From positions 1-60,709 of the forward strand of contig JAZQTV010000015.1 in NCBI GenBank assembly GCA_045630945.1: a stretch of DNA of 60,709 bases, written 5' to 3'. The stretch comes from Clostridia bacterium. Lineage in GTDB: Bacteria > Bacillota > Clostridia > Christensenellales > QALW01. Shown here one piece after another: positions 1 through 9,866 of this stretch. The position numbers were made by a program, and so were the translations under genes. The notes beneath the pieces were generated by a model. The model made no database searches. It was not told the origin of the DNA and saw only the letters and a list, made by a program, of their open reading frames with translations. The number at the start of each line of letters is the position of its first letter. Positions within the stretch are counted from its first letter, which is position 1.

Positions 1-201
1 CTTGTTGGGCTTGTTTACGTTCTGTTCCTTTACAGTGCCAAAGCCCACTTTAACAGCTTCATAGCCGTCTTTTTCCTGTGTTTTAACCTGTACTACGTTA
101 CAGGGGCCGGCCTGAACGACTGTTACAGGAACTACAGTACCATCTTGTGCGAAAATCTGCGTCATGCCGACTTTCTTACCCAAAATACCTTTTGTCATCA
201 T
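1..201 (-). CDS. rplC: 50S ribosomal protein L3, N-terminal part (gene runs off the left edge)
   Basis: Reverse-strand translation gives M(M)[53 protein letters not shown], the conserved L3 N-terminus. GGAGG lies 7 nt before the ATG at 201 (alternative ATG at 198). It sits directly downstream of rpsJ, as in S10 operons. Confidence 0.9.
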   Translation of the reverse strand, partial: MMTKGILGKKVGMTQIFAQDGTVVPVTVVQAGPCNVVQVKTQEKDGYEAVKVGFGTVKEQNVNKPNK

Positions 202-213
202 CGTTCATCCTCC

Positions 214-522
214 TTAAAGTTTAATGTTGATGTCAACACCGGCAGCAAGATCCAACTTCATAAGTGCATCTACTGTTTTGGGTCCGGCATTGTAAATGTC
301 TATAAGACGCTTGTGAGTACGAAGCTCAAACTGTTCACGGCTATCCTTATATTTATGAGGAGCACGGAGAATAGTAATAACTTCTTTCTCGGTGGGAAGG
401 GGAATGGGGCCTGAAACTGTGGCGCCCGTCTTGACCGCTGTGTCAACGATCTTTTCGGCTGACTGATCGATAAGATTGTGATCATAAGCCTTCAACTTGA
501 TTCTGATTTTCTGCGATGCCAT
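214..522 (-). CDS. rpsJ: 30S ribosomal protein S10
   Basis: 102-aa [32 protein letters not shown]...[11 protein letters not shown] is a full-length S10 signature. AAGGAGG RBS precedes the ATG at 522. Confidence 0.97.
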   Translation of the reverse strand: MASQKIRIKLKAYDHNLIDQSAEKIVDTAVKTGATVSGPIPLPTEKEVITILRAPHKYKDSREQFELRTHKRLIDIYNAGPKTVDALMKLDLAAGVDINIKL

Positions 523-795
523 TTATATACCTCCTTATTTCCGGCTCAAATACACTGCACCGTGTGTGCCGCTTTTAAAATTTTTAAGCGGCGGTGGATA
601 CTTGGCCTTTCGCCCGATCTTTCGGACAATTGTCCACGGAAATTACCTGCATTATAGGAGCAGCAACCTTCCGCTTCATACCATTTACGCTATCCACAGC
701 TAAGTTTTACTGTGTTTAACAAGCGCAGTTGCCCCACCGCACAGGACAACGGCTAAATTATATACCACAATTTTTTTTTACGCAACTATTTTTTG
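523..795 (-). promoter_or_regulatory. Putative S10-operon promoter plus long structured 5' leader
   Basis: Minus strand reads TTGCGT (790-795), 17 nt, TATAAT (767-772). About 240 nt of untranslated leader follow, including a GCCGCTT/AAGCGGC hairpin about 35-60 nt upstream of rpsJ. No ORF with an RBS is present. Confidence 0.35.
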
Positions 796-883
796 CACTT
801 ATTTTGTGAACTTTTTGTAAACAATGACTTTTATTTATCTGTTTGCATAAAATTAAATACATTCTTTAAAAAAAGGAGCCAAT

Positions 884-1795
884 ATGCCGACCGTTGAAAT
901 ACGAACACAGCATTTGTGCGCACTTCATATAAACGGTGCGTATTCGGGAATAATACACCCCGACAAAAGCGCATCCTTTCCTTTTTCGCAGAGCGAAACG
1001 GTAATGTACGCTTTCCCCCTTGAAGAAGACCTTGCGCCAATATATATAATAATAAAGGAAGGCAGGCTTCTTCCTGTGCCTGCACGGCTTAACAAATGGC
1101 ACGATGATATTTACGAGCTTGTTCTTGAATTCAGACGTCCGCCTTGCGCCTTGCCGCCCATAGTAACGAAGGAGCTGCAATGGAACGGTTGCCTTGGCTT
1201 GTGTGGGGGATACGTGGTACACGAGAACTTAAACGGCACCCGTCGCTTTTTCAGCACCCCCGTAAATGACGTAACAATCTTTAACAAAAAAGTATTGGCT
1301 GAAACTAACGGCGGGCTTATTGTTCTTAACGAGGAGCTTGAGGTAATAAAGGAAATCAATCCGTGTGACAGCTACCAAGCAAGCGGCACTCAGCTTAGGG
1401 TAACCTTTACGCCCGGGGATATGGATTTATTTACCGTTGAGCAAGTCTACGACGAAAAGTTTAATCTTATATCGACCGTGCTGAAGGAAGAAAAATGCGT
1501 TACCGAGCTTGACCGCCTGCGTGCATTTTGTCAGGCAGTACGTCTTGACCTTAAGGACGTTGCGATGGGATTTATTACCGACACGCTTAAACAGGAAACG
1601 TCCTTTGAAAGCATAAAGGAATTTTTAGGCATTTTCGACCAGACGGATACCCCACGTTATCTTTCACGGCAAACGGAAAATGCCATTGCGTTAAGATATT
1701 GTATTGATAAATATAACTTCCACTATATGTGCTACGAATTTTCGTTTGATGCCACTACCGGTGTTAAGCTGATTGATGACATCAGCGAGCTATAA
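884..1795 (+). CDS. Hypothetical protein (303 aa), no recognisable family
   Basis: Long ORF with an AAGGAG RBS 6 nt before the ATG. The overlapping antisense ORFs are shorter and lack an RBS. I recognise no motif. Confidence 0.6.
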   Translation: MPTVEIRTQHLCALHINGAYSGIIHPDKSASFPFSQSETVMYAFPLEEDLAPIYIIIKEGRLLPVPARLNKWHDDIYELVLEFRRPPCALPPIVTKELQWNGCLGLCGGYVVHENLNGTRRFFSTPVNDVTIFNKKVLAETNGGLIVLNEELEVIKEINPCDSYQASGTQLRVTFTPGDMDLFTVEQVYDEKFNLISTVLKEEKCVTELDRLRAFCQAVRLDLKDVAMGFITDTLKQETSFESIKEFLGIFDQTDTPRYLSRQTENAIALRYCIDKYNFHYMCYEFSFDATTGVKLIDDISEL

Positions 1796-1916
1796 ATATA
1801 AGATATATATAAATGAATTCATTATTATATATATAAATTTAATTTTCGTAAAAATTACTGCATTTTAATAAGATTTTATGCATAAAAATACTTTTGCGCA
1901 AAACGCAAAAAAACTG

Positions 1917-1945
1917 CTTGCCATTATTATTATTGAGTAGTATAA
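1917..1945 (+). promoter_or_regulatory. Putative sigma-A promoter of serC-serA
   Basis: TTGCCA (1917-1922), 17 nt, TATAAT (1940-1945) in an AT-rich intergenic region about 75 nt upstream of serC. Confidence 0.5.
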
Positions 1946-2018
1946 TATTTAAGAATACAATTCATTGTATAATAATTAAAATATATGGCTAAACGCTAAA
2001 AAACAGGAGGCAAAAAAA

Positions 2019-3095
2019 ATGAGAGTTTACAACTTTAGTGCCGGTCCGTCCATGCTGCCGGAATCGGTATTACAAAAAGCAGCAGCAGATATGCTTGATT
2101 ACGAAGGCTCAGGTATGAGCGTTCTTGAAATGAGCCACCGTGCAAAGTGTTACGATGCCATTATCAAGGAAGCTGAAGCTTTGCTTCGTGAGCTTATGAA
2201 TATTCCCGACAACTACAAGGTTCTTTTCGTTCAGGGTGGTGCATCAATGCAGTTTGCTGCAACAGCACTTAACCTTCACAAGAACGGCAAAGCAGATTAC
2301 GTTGTTTCAGGTAACTTCTCCAACCTTTCATCAAAGGAAGGCAAAAGACTTACAAACGCCCGTGTAATCGCTTCAAGTGAAGATGCTACTTACACCTACG
2401 TTCCCAAGATCACCAAGGATATGGTTGATCCTGAGGCTGACTACGTTCACATTTGCTTCAACAACACCATTTTCGGCACAAAGTACAACTACGTTCCCGA
2501 AACAGGTGACGTTCCGTTGGTTGCAGATATGTCTTCTATGATTCTTTCCGAGCCTGTTGACGTTTCAAAGTTCGGAGTTATCTACGCAGGCGCACAGAAG
2601 AACATCGGCCCCGCAGGTGTTACCGTTGTTATCGTTCGTGAGGACCTTCTTGAGAACTTTACCGAGGATTGCCCCACAATGCTTAAGTGGAAGACACAGG
2701 CAGATCAGGACAGCCTTTACAACACCCCCCCCTGTTATAGCATTTACATTTCAATGCTCGTATTCCGTTGGATTAAGGAAATGGGCGGTGTAGACGCTAT
2801 CCACGCTATCAACGTTAAGAAAGCTAATATGCTTTACGATTACATCGATTCATCCGACTTCTATAAGAACAGTGTCAACAAGGAAGACCGTTCACTTATG
2901 AACGTACCCTTCGTTACACCCAATGCCGACCTTGACGCAAAGTTTGTTAAGGAAGCTGCTGCAGAAGGCCTTGTTTCGCTTAAGGGTCACCGTCTTGTTG
3001 GCGGTATGCGTGCATCCATCTACAACGCAATGCCCGTTGAAGGTATCGAAAAGCTTATTGCCTTCATGAAGAAGTTTGAAGCAGAAAACAAGTGA
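2019..3095 (+). CDS. serC: Phosphoserine aminotransferase
   Basis: MRVYNFSAGPSMLPESVL...FVQGGASMQF...GAQKNIGPAGVT matches the SerC class-V aminotransferase pattern. AGGAGG RBS present. Confidence 0.93.
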   Translation: MRVYNFSAGPSMLPESVLQKAAADMLDYEGSGMSVLEMSHRAKCYDAIIKEAEALLRELMNIPDNYKVLFVQGGASMQFAATALNLHKNGKADYVVSGNFSNLSSKEGKRLTNARVIASSEDATYTYVPKITKDMVDPEADYVHICFNNTIFGTKYNYVPETGDVPLVADMSSMILSEPVDVSKFGVIYAGAQKNIGPAGVTVVIVREDLLENFTEDCPTMLKWKTQADQDSLYNTPPCYSIYISMLVFRWIKEMGGVDAIHAINVKKANMLYDYIDSSDFYKNSVNKEDRSLMNVPFVTPNADLDAKFVKEAAAEGLVSLKGHRLVGGMRASIYNAMPVEGIEKLIAFMKKFEAENK

Positions 3096-3105
3096 GGATA
3101 TCAAA

Positions 3106-4269
3106 ATGACAGAGATTTTAAAGCTTAATTCCATCGCAGGCGTTGTTAAAGACAATCTGCCCGAGGACAAATACACAATTACAGACGATGCAAAGAATCC
3201 CGAAGGTATTCTTGTACGCAGCGCAGATATGCTTTCCTATGATTTTCCTGAAAGCGTGCTTGCAGTAGCGCGCGCAGGCGCAGGTGTAAACAACATTCCC
3301 TGCGACGTATGCGCCGAAAAGGGTATCGTTGTTTTCAACACACCCGGTGCAAACGCAAACGCAGTTAAGGAAATGGTTCTTGGCGCTATGATAGCCGCAA
3401 GCCGCAACATTGTTGAGGCTGCTGATTGGGCAAAAACCCTTAAGGGCAACGGTGATCAGGTTGGCAAGATGGCTGAAAAGGGCAAGGGTCAGTTCGTAGG
3501 TCCCGAAATTATGGGCAAAACACTTGGCGTTGTTGGTCTTGGCGCCATCGGCGGTCTTGTTGCTAACGCTGCAATTGCACTTGGTATGAAGGTTATCGGT
3601 TACGATCCTTTCGTTTCGGTTGAAGCTGCTTGGAAGCTTTCACGCGACGTTAAGAAGGCTGACGATCTTGAAGAAATTTACGCAAAGTGCGATATTATTT
3701 CGCTTCACGTACCCCAGATCGATTCAACAAAGGGTATGATCAATAACGACACAATCGCAAAGATGAAGGATGGCGTTATCATTCTTAACTTTGCACGTGG
3801 CGGTCTTGTTAAAGATGCTGACGTTATCGCAGCTTGCGAGAGCGGCAAAATCTACAAGTACGCAACAGACTTTGCAAGTGATGCACTTATCGGCGCAAAG
3901 AACGTTGTAGTATTCCCCCACCTTGGCGCATCCACTCCCGAATCTGAGGACAACTGCGCAGTTATGGCTTCTTATGAGCTTAAGGAGTTCCTTGAAAACG
4001 GTAACATCGTTAACAGCGTAAACTATCCTTCTGTTTCACTTAATAAGACGGGTAACGCACGTATTACCGTTATGCACAAGAACACAAGCAATATGGTTGG
4101 CAGCATCACAGCCGCTATCGCTTCATCAGGCGAGAACATCAGCGGTATGATAAACGCTTCAAAGGGCGATTATGCTTACACCATTATCGATATCGATAAC
4201 GAATTCAAGCCCGAGGTAGTTGATTTTATCAAGGCTATTGAAAACATTATCCGTGTTCGTGTAATTTAA
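3106..4269 (+). CDS. serA: D-3-phosphoglycerate dehydrogenase with C-terminal ACT domain
   Basis: It has a 2-hydroxyacid dehydrogenase NAD fold (GVVGLGAIGGLVA), the catalytic region (FPHLGASTPES) and an ACT-like tail. I prefer the ATG at 3106 (MTEILKLN, GAGGA RBS) because the ORF-track start at 3076 overlaps the serC end. Confidence 0.9.
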   Translation: MTEILKLNSIAGVVKDNLPEDKYTITDDAKNPEGILVRSADMLSYDFPESVLAVARAGAGVNNIPCDVCAEKGIVVFNTPGANANAVKEMVLGAMIAASRNIVEAADWAKTLKGNGDQVGKMAEKGKGQFVGPEIMGKTLGVVGLGAIGGLVANAAIALGMKVIGYDPFVSVEAAWKLSRDVKKADDLEEIYAKCDIISLHVPQIDSTKGMINNDTIAKMKDGVIILNFARGGLVKDADVIAACESGKIYKYATDFASDALIGAKNVVVFPHLGASTPESEDNCAVMASYELKEFLENGNIVNSVNYPSVSLNKTGNARITVMHKNTSNMVGSITAAIASSGENISGMINASKGDYAYTIIDIDNEFKPEVVDFIKAIENIIRVRVI

Positions 4270-4284
4270 TTAAACTAAAACAGA

Positions 4285-4318
4285 AGCGCCACTTCAAAAC
4301 GAAGTGGCGCTTTTTTTA
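4285..4318. terminator. Bidirectional rho-independent terminator between convergent genes
   Basis: AGCGCCACTTC / GAAGTGGCGCT 11-bp stem followed by a T7 run, with an A-rich stretch on the other side. Confidence 0.85.
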
Positions 4319-5533
4319 TTTTATAACGTATCCCATAACCTCGTAAATAGCCTTGCCGTTAAGGTATCTTTCCTTTACGGCACGCTGAAGACTCGTTGTT
4401 TCCTCAAGCTCTTCTAAGTTAAAGTTCATATCCGCCTTATTGAAAACGAACTTAAATACGCCTTCACCGCGGCTTTTCACCTGAACCTTTTTAAATCTTT
4501 CCTGAAAATCAATTATATTTGAAGTGGGTTTAAGTATTTCCTTAAGTGCAGGGTCGATAAGCCAGCTTCCGCAAACGATTGCCTTATAATCGTAATCGGG
4601 GAAATATGTTCTCAAAAATTCCTTGGTATCGGCAAAGAACTTATCGGTATCCTCCTTTGTGATGGATGCATTTCTCGGCAGATGTATGCTTGCCACAAAA
4701 TCGCCCTTTTGAAGTGCAATTTTCCACTCATTTTTACTTAAAGCCACAGTTTCCTTTAAAATAAGACCGTTCTCATCAAGGGGATGCCCAATATACGCTT
4801 GGTCGGTTTCGGTATAGTCGGCGTCAAAGGCACCCTCCTCATCCTCACAGAACCTTGCGCCAAGCACGTGCCCTGAGCGGTGCACCCTTTGGGGCAGGGC
4901 AAGGGCGGTTATTTCACCGTTTTCGTTTTTAAACACATGCGCATCGCAGTTATATTTTACGTTTACCTGTATCTGCAAGTAGTCAAGGGGAAAAAGCTCA
5001 CCGTCTACCGCAAGCTGAAACCAATTAAGAAGATCGTAGCCGTAATTTCCGTTATGGCGAAGCATAAAGCCCTTAACACCATTCTTTGCAAAGAGGCTTA
5101 ACGCACCTAATATTTTATCATTTTCTAACCCTAACCCCTTCATTTTATTAAAGGAATACTCGGTCATGGAGCATATAATAAGTCCGGGAAGCATATCATA
5201 TTTTATATCGTCCGCGTTATCGGGGGAAACGGGGCGCACAAATTCATTAAGCTCTGCCCTTATTCCGTCGCGCTTTTCAAGCGCCATGGAAGCAAGCACA
5301 AGAAACAGTTCAAACGCCTTATCACCCTTGATTTTGTCGGCGCAGATGATATAAGCCTCCAGTACTTCACCAAACATATGGTATTTGTCTTCAAGCTGAA
5401 CGTAATAGTCACTATCTGCAAGGGGACACCCAAGCTCTTCATACTTTTTAACCGCCGCATCAAAAAGCGAATTCCAGCGTTCAGGCCATTTAGTACAGTT
5501 TACCGCCTGCATAAGCGCATTGATGTTTTCCAT
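4316..5533 (-). CDS. Hypothetical protein, possibly an acyltransferase-domain (GNAT-like C-terminal) family protein
   Basis: Long ORF. AAGGAG lies 8 nt before the ATG at 5533 (MENINALMQ); the track start at 5542 is a GTG abutting the RBS. The family call is from memory of similar clostridial proteins only. Confidence 0.55.
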   Translation of the reverse strand: MENINALMQAVNCTKWPERWNSLFDAAVKKYEELGCPLADSDYYVQLEDKYHMFGEVLEAYIICADKIKGDKAFELFLVLASMALEKRDGIRAELNEFVRPVSPDNADDIKYDMLPGLIICSMTEYSFNKMKGLGLENDKILGALSLFAKNGVKGFMLRHNGNYGYDLLNWFQLAVDGELFPLDYLQIQVNVKYNCDAHVFKNENGEITALALPQRVHRSGHVLGARFCEDEEGAFDADYTETDQAYIGHPLDENGLILKETVALSKNEWKIALQKGDFVASIHLPRNASITKEDTDKFFADTKEFLRTYFPDYDYKAIVCGSWLIDPALKEILKPTSNIIDFQERFKKVQVKSRGEGVFKFVFNKADMNFNLEELEETTSLQRAVKERYLNGKAIYEVMGYVIK

Positions 5534-5782
5534 TTTATACACTCCTTTTTAGCAATACTATGATACAACTCATAACTTTAAAAGTCAATAAATTATTACT
5601 TGAAAAGAAAACAAAAATAAAAACGACTATTTTAAACAAGAATATTGACTTACGTAAAAAAATTGGTATTATGCACTTGAAATATGTATTATGATATCTA
5701 TATAAGGTTGTTTCAGGGTATTTTGATACAAGAGGCTTTTTTAGCCTCCTTTTTGCTTTGAAATGCAAACAAAATATTTTTC

Positions 5783-5811
5783 TTGAAATTTGTTTTGTTT
5801 TCTGTTATACT
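5783..5811 (+). promoter_or_regulatory. Putative promoter of the 5860 gene
   Basis: TTGAAA (5783-5788), 17 nt, TATACT (5806-5811). Confidence 0.4.
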
Positions 5812-5859
5812 TATTATGTATTCATATTTTTATACATTATATTTTAAGGAGGCACTATT

Positions 5860-6747
5860 ATGCCGGAAACAAAGAAAAGAAAGCGCCGCTTTGGCGACCG
5901 CCGCGACGGTTACAAGGTGCGCACTCTGCCACCTATGCAATACGTGGCAGTTTCAATTATGCACAAGAGAAACGACTCGCAAAACCTGTTTGCAGGCAGT
6001 ACCGACTACGCTTACATTGACGAGTATATCAGAAAAAAGCGTGAAGAAGGTCTTACAGGCTTTGGCTTTATGCACGTTATCGTTGCCGCTTACGTAAGGG
6101 TAGTTTCACAAAAACCCGCCCTTAACCGCTTTATAGCAGGCTGGCGCATATTCAAGCGTCACGAAATCGTGTTAAGCATGATGGTAAAAAAATCAATGAA
6201 GGTAAACGCACAGGAATCTGCCATTAAGGTTCGTTTTGCACCTACGGATACCGCTGAAGACGTTTACAGAAAAATGGAAGAAAAAATCCGTGAAGCTACC
6301 GCCGAGGGCGACACCAATACCTTTGACACGGTTGCCCGTGTTATTAACTTCCTGCCCTCAGTTATTTTAAGATGGTTTATTGCATTTATGCAGTTCCTTG
6401 ATTTCTTTGGAATTATGCCCAAGATTATTGACGAGGCTTCACCCTTCCACGCAAGTGTGTATATTTCAAACCTTGGTTCATTGGGTATTCCGCCCATTTA
6501 CCACCACCTTTACAACTTTGGTAACACACCCGTTTTCATTACGTTCGGTGCAAAGCGCCGTGAGCTTGCCTTAAAGAACGACGGCTCAACCTACACCCGT
6601 ACAATGATAGATTACACCGTTGTTACCGACGAACGTATAACAGACGGTCACTATCTTGCCACCGCATTTAAGGATCTTGACAGGCTTTTCCGTGATCCTT
6701 CAAAGCTTGACACACCCCCTGCAACCGTTGTTGAAGACGTAGACTGA
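5860..6747 (+). CDS. 2-oxoacid dehydrogenase acyltransferase (E2 catalytic domain)-like protein, stand-alone
   Basis: AAGGAGG RBS. The C-terminal DERITDGHY resembles the E2/CAT-type DHRxxDG active-site motif. The N-terminus is basic (KKRKRRFGDRRDG) and there is no lipoyl domain. Confidence 0.6.
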   Translation: MPETKKRKRRFGDRRDGYKVRTLPPMQYVAVSIMHKRNDSQNLFAGSTDYAYIDEYIRKKREEGLTGFGFMHVIVAAYVRVVSQKPALNRFIAGWRIFKRHEIVLSMMVKKSMKVNAQESAIKVRFAPTDTAEDVYRKMEEKIREATAEGDTNTFDTVARVINFLPSVILRWFIAFMQFLDFFGIMPKIIDEASPFHASVYISNLGSLGIPPIYHHLYNFGNTPVFITFGAKRRELALKNDGSTYTRTMIDYTVVTDERITDGHYLATAFKDLDRLFRDPSKLDTPPATVVEDVD

Positions 6748-6802
6748 TTTTAAAGCGGCATTTTTGCCGCTTTTTAAATAGTATTTTATAAGGAGCACAA
6801 AA

Positions 6803-8188
6803 ATGGCAAACAGTATTCCGTGGAGTTATTCACCCTATAAACCCTTCTTTTTTGAAACGGGTGACATCTATATTAACCGTATTTCGCCCGAAAAGGATGG
6901 TTTTTATGCAGAATGGCTTGGTATGGATGAAGAAGTCACCGTTTTTATAAAAAAGCGTGACGACAACGAATTTTTCAAGCATTCAACCACTAAAAACAAT
7001 TATTTTTCCATCTCCGGTCTTGACGAAAATACGGATTATTGCTTTTACGTTGAAGCCAAAAACAAGCGAAGTCGTGTTCGGATTGTGCGCACAGGCGAGC
7101 ACGTAGGCATTGCGGTAAACTACCTGCACCCCGATGACGATGCTTATTCGTTTTCGGGCAAATATCTTTGTTCGCCTTCACTTGTAAGACATCCCGACGG
7201 CTTTCTGCTTGCTTCGATGGACGTTTATAAGGGCGGCGCACCGCAAAACCTTACAATTATATTCCGCTCCGACGACGACGGAAAAACTTGGCACTACGTT
7301 TCCGAGGTTATGCCATCGTTCTGGGGCAAATTGTTCATACATAAAAACGAGCTTTATTTGATATCCTGCTCCACCGAATACGGTGACTTGCTTATCGGCA
7401 AAAGCATCGACGGCGGCAAAACGTTTTGTGCGCCTACGGTTATTCTGCGCGGTTCAAACGGCAAGGATGGGCAGGCAGGGGTGCATAAAAACCCACAGAA
7501 CGTGCTTGTTTACAACAACAGAATATATATCTCTATGGAATGGTATTACAATAAATCCTTTGCGCCTACGGTAATTTCCTGCGATTGCGACAAGGATTTA
7601 CTGGACTGTAAAAATTGGGTGATACCCACCCCGTTAAAGTACGATCCCCAATGGAACGGTGTTGCAAAGGGTGAGTCGGCAGGTTGTATCGAGGGTACAC
7701 TTGTTGTTTCGCCCGAAAACAAGGTATATAACGTTATGCGCTATATTCAGCACACCTGTGTGCCTGACCACGGGCTTGCGCTCGTGTACGAGGTTGATAC
7801 AAACGTTCCGCAGAACTCACTAAAATATGCCTATGCAATGGAATTTCCCGCAAACCTTGCCAAGTTTATGATTAAAAAGGACGAACAAACAGGCTTATAC
7901 CTTACGTTTTGTTCAAGAATAACCGATACCAAGCGTATTCATTCAAGGAATTTGCTTTCGCTTATGGCGTCGAAGGATCTTAAAAAATGGGAAGTGGTTT
8001 GCGACCTTATCGACAGGCGCAACGAAGACCCGATGTACACAGGCTTTCAGTACGTGGACTTTACTGTTGAAGGCGACGATATCATCTGGCTTTGCCGTAC
8101 CGCCGAAAACGGCGCGCATAATTATCACGATTCCAACTACATTACCTTCCATCGAATTATTGATTTTAGGAAACTACTTAAATATTGA
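6803..8188 (+). CDS. BNR/Asp-box (sialidase-like beta-propeller) protein
   Basis: Asp-box motifs SDDDGKTW and SIDGGKTF fit SxDxGxTW. AAGGAG RBS. No signal peptide is evident. Confidence 0.65.
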   Translation: MANSIPWSYSPYKPFFFETGDIYINRISPEKDGFYAEWLGMDEEVTVFIKKRDDNEFFKHSTTKNNYFSISGLDENTDYCFYVEAKNKRSRVRIVRTGEHVGIAVNYLHPDDDAYSFSGKYLCSPSLVRHPDGFLLASMDVYKGGAPQNLTIIFRSDDDGKTWHYVSEVMPSFWGKLFIHKNELYLISCSTEYGDLLIGKSIDGGKTFCAPTVILRGSNGKDGQAGVHKNPQNVLVYNNRIYISMEWYYNKSFAPTVISCDCDKDLLDCKNWVIPTPLKYDPQWNGVAKGESAGCIEGTLVVSPENKVYNVMRYIQHTCVPDHGLALVYEVDTNVPQNSLKYAYAMEFPANLAKFMIKKDEQTGLYLTFCSRITDTKRIHSRNLLSLMASKDLKKWEVVCDLIDRRNEDPMYTGFQYVDFTVEGDDIIWLCRTAENGAHNYHDSNYITFHRIIDFRKLLKY

Positions 8189-8242
8189 CTTTAGCCGTAT
8201 ATACGGGTATAATAGACGTAGTTACTTCAATAAGAGGGTTTT

Positions 8243-9166
8243 ATGAAAAGATTTTTTGTTGTTTTTTTAGTTTTAATGCTTGCGCTTGCACCTATGGCGG
8301 TAAATGCCGCACCGTATAACTACCTGCGGGGGCGTTCATGGGAATCTTCAGGTCTTTCCTGCCGTGTAACTGCCAACGGGCTTTCCGTTACCGCTACGAA
8401 TCTTAACTCATCATTCAGCACTCCTTGGATAGATATTCTACCTGCCGTAAAAATGGCACTCGGCACAAAAAATAGCGTGACGGTTGAAATATCGGGTACT
8501 TTGTCGGTAATTATGACAAGCGATTCCGCAAAGACTTCCCCACGCCTTATTATGCGCGCGCACATCAATATGAAAGACGGAAGTACTTTTGATTCAAAAT
8601 ACAAGGCATCGTTGAACGGCGATAAGCCTTTATTTGGACGCAACGGTTCAAACGTTATGACCGATCTTGGCACAAGCTGTACGGTCAGCAACAAAAGTAC
8701 GGCAAAGTTTTCAACAAAGCTTACCGTTACACGCAATCAGGTATACAGTCAAATGACACCTCAGTGGTATTTCTGCTTTGACGGATTTGCAGAGGCAAAG
8801 AGAGGCGAAATTCTTGCACTTGGCGTACAGGACCTTACACTTACCGTGGTTGACGGCGCTACAACAATAGCAACACCTAAACCGATAGTAAACGCAACAC
8901 CCACACCAACACCCCTGCCAAGAATTACCCCAAGTATGACTCAAGCACCTACTGCAGCACCTACAAAGGCACCAGCCACCCCCGTTCCCACTAAAAAGGC
9001 TACTGCAAACCCCGATTTAGCCGAAAAATTTATTGAACAGCCTGTTATTGCAGATATCAACAAAATGGCAAGCTCTGTTTTAGAATGGACGGTAATAATC
9101 ATAATTTCAACAGGCGCTATCGCGGTGCTTACAACCCTGCTTGCCAGCAAGAAGGGCAAAAAATAG
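8243..9166 (+). CDS. Secreted, C-terminally membrane-anchored protein with Pro/Thr-rich stalk
   Basis: It has an N-terminal signal peptide (MKRFFVVFLVLMLALAPMAVNA), a PT-rich linker (TPTPTPLPRITP...APTKAPATPVPT) and a C-terminal TM helix followed by KKGKK. Confidence 0.6.
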   Translation: MKRFFVVFLVLMLALAPMAVNAAPYNYLRGRSWESSGLSCRVTANGLSVTATNLNSSFSTPWIDILPAVKMALGTKNSVTVEISGTLSVIMTSDSAKTSPRLIMRAHINMKDGSTFDSKYKASLNGDKPLFGRNGSNVMTDLGTSCTVSNKSTAKFSTKLTVTRNQVYSQMTPQWYFCFDGFAEAKRGEILALGVQDLTLTVVDGATTIATPKPIVNATPTPTPLPRITPSMTQAPTAAPTKAPATPVPTKKATANPDLAEKFIEQPVIADINKMASSVLEWTVIIIISTGAIAVLTTLLASKKGKK

Positions 9167-9175
9167 CATAAAATA

Positions 9176-9204
9176 AAACACCGATTTTTATCGGTGTTTT
9201 TTGT
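9176..9204. terminator. Bidirectional terminator
   Basis: AAACACCGAT / ATCGGTGTTT stem with a T run after it and an A run before it, between convergent genes. Confidence 0.85.
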
Positions 9205-9215
9205 TTTGCATAAAA

Positions 9216-9866
9216 TTACGCTTTTGCTCTTAATTCTGTTTTCATACCTTCCGCTTCAAGATGGGCATCGTGGCCGTATTCCTTTAACGTGAATTTGCCG
9301 TCCTCGTATTCCACGTATGTAACGGAAGCGTTTGTTACCCACGAAAGCTCAGTATGCATTTTTTCAACAGGCAAATCAAGAACACGCAGTATGAACGCAC
9401 GAATCGCCATTCCGTGACTGCCTACGCACACGGTTTGTCCCACATGCTTTTTTGCCACGTCTTCATACGCTTTATAAACACGGTTACACACGTCGGTTAC
9501 GCTTTCACCCTCGGGGCATTGGGTGGTGCCGATGTTTGTTATCCACTTGTTGTACTCGTCCGAATAGACCTCTTTAATGGTGGTGTAGGGCATTCCTTCC
9601 CATTTACCGCCGCTAATTTCATTAAAGCCTTGGTTTTTTGTCACCTGCATACCGTGTTTTTCGGAGGCAAGCAAGGTTGTTATGTAGGCACGTGAAAGCT
9701 CGCTTGAATAAAACACGTCGATTTTCTCATTTTTAAGGAATTCAGCAGTACACTCCCCCTGTTTTAAGCCAAGGGGAGTAAGCGGAACGTCCGTTCTTCC
9801 CGCAAACGTGTTTGACAGATTTCCTTCGCTTTGACCGTGGCGGATTATAACAAATTTAGTTTTCAT
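9216..9866 (-). CDS. Histidine phosphatase family protein (phosphoglycerate mutase-like)
   Basis: N-terminal VIIRHGQSEGN (RHG catalytic motif) with a later GSHG motif. Its ATG overlaps the upstream stop (ATGA). Confidence 0.85.
   Translation of the reverse strand: MKTKFVIIRHGQSEGNLSNTFAGRTDVPLTPLGLKQGECTAEFLKNEKIDVFYSSELSRAYITTLLASEKHGMQVTKNQGFNEISGGKWEGMPYTTIKEVYSDEYNKWITNIGTTQCPEGESVTDVCNRVYKAYEDVAKKHVGQTVCVGSHGMAIRAFILRVLDLPVEKMHTELSWVTNASVTYVEYEDGKFTLKEYGHDAHLEAEGMKTELRAKA

Noticed and set aside
145-485. ORFs 145-414 (+) and 300-485 (-) overlapping rpsJ
   Set aside because: These are shadow ORFs inside or antisense to a highly conserved S10 gene. They have no RBS and low-complexity products.
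831-1359. Minus-strand ORFs (84, 118 and 82 aa) overlapping the 884-1795 gene
   Set aside because: They are shorter and lack an RBS. They are antisense to a longer ORF that has a good AAGGAG RBS.
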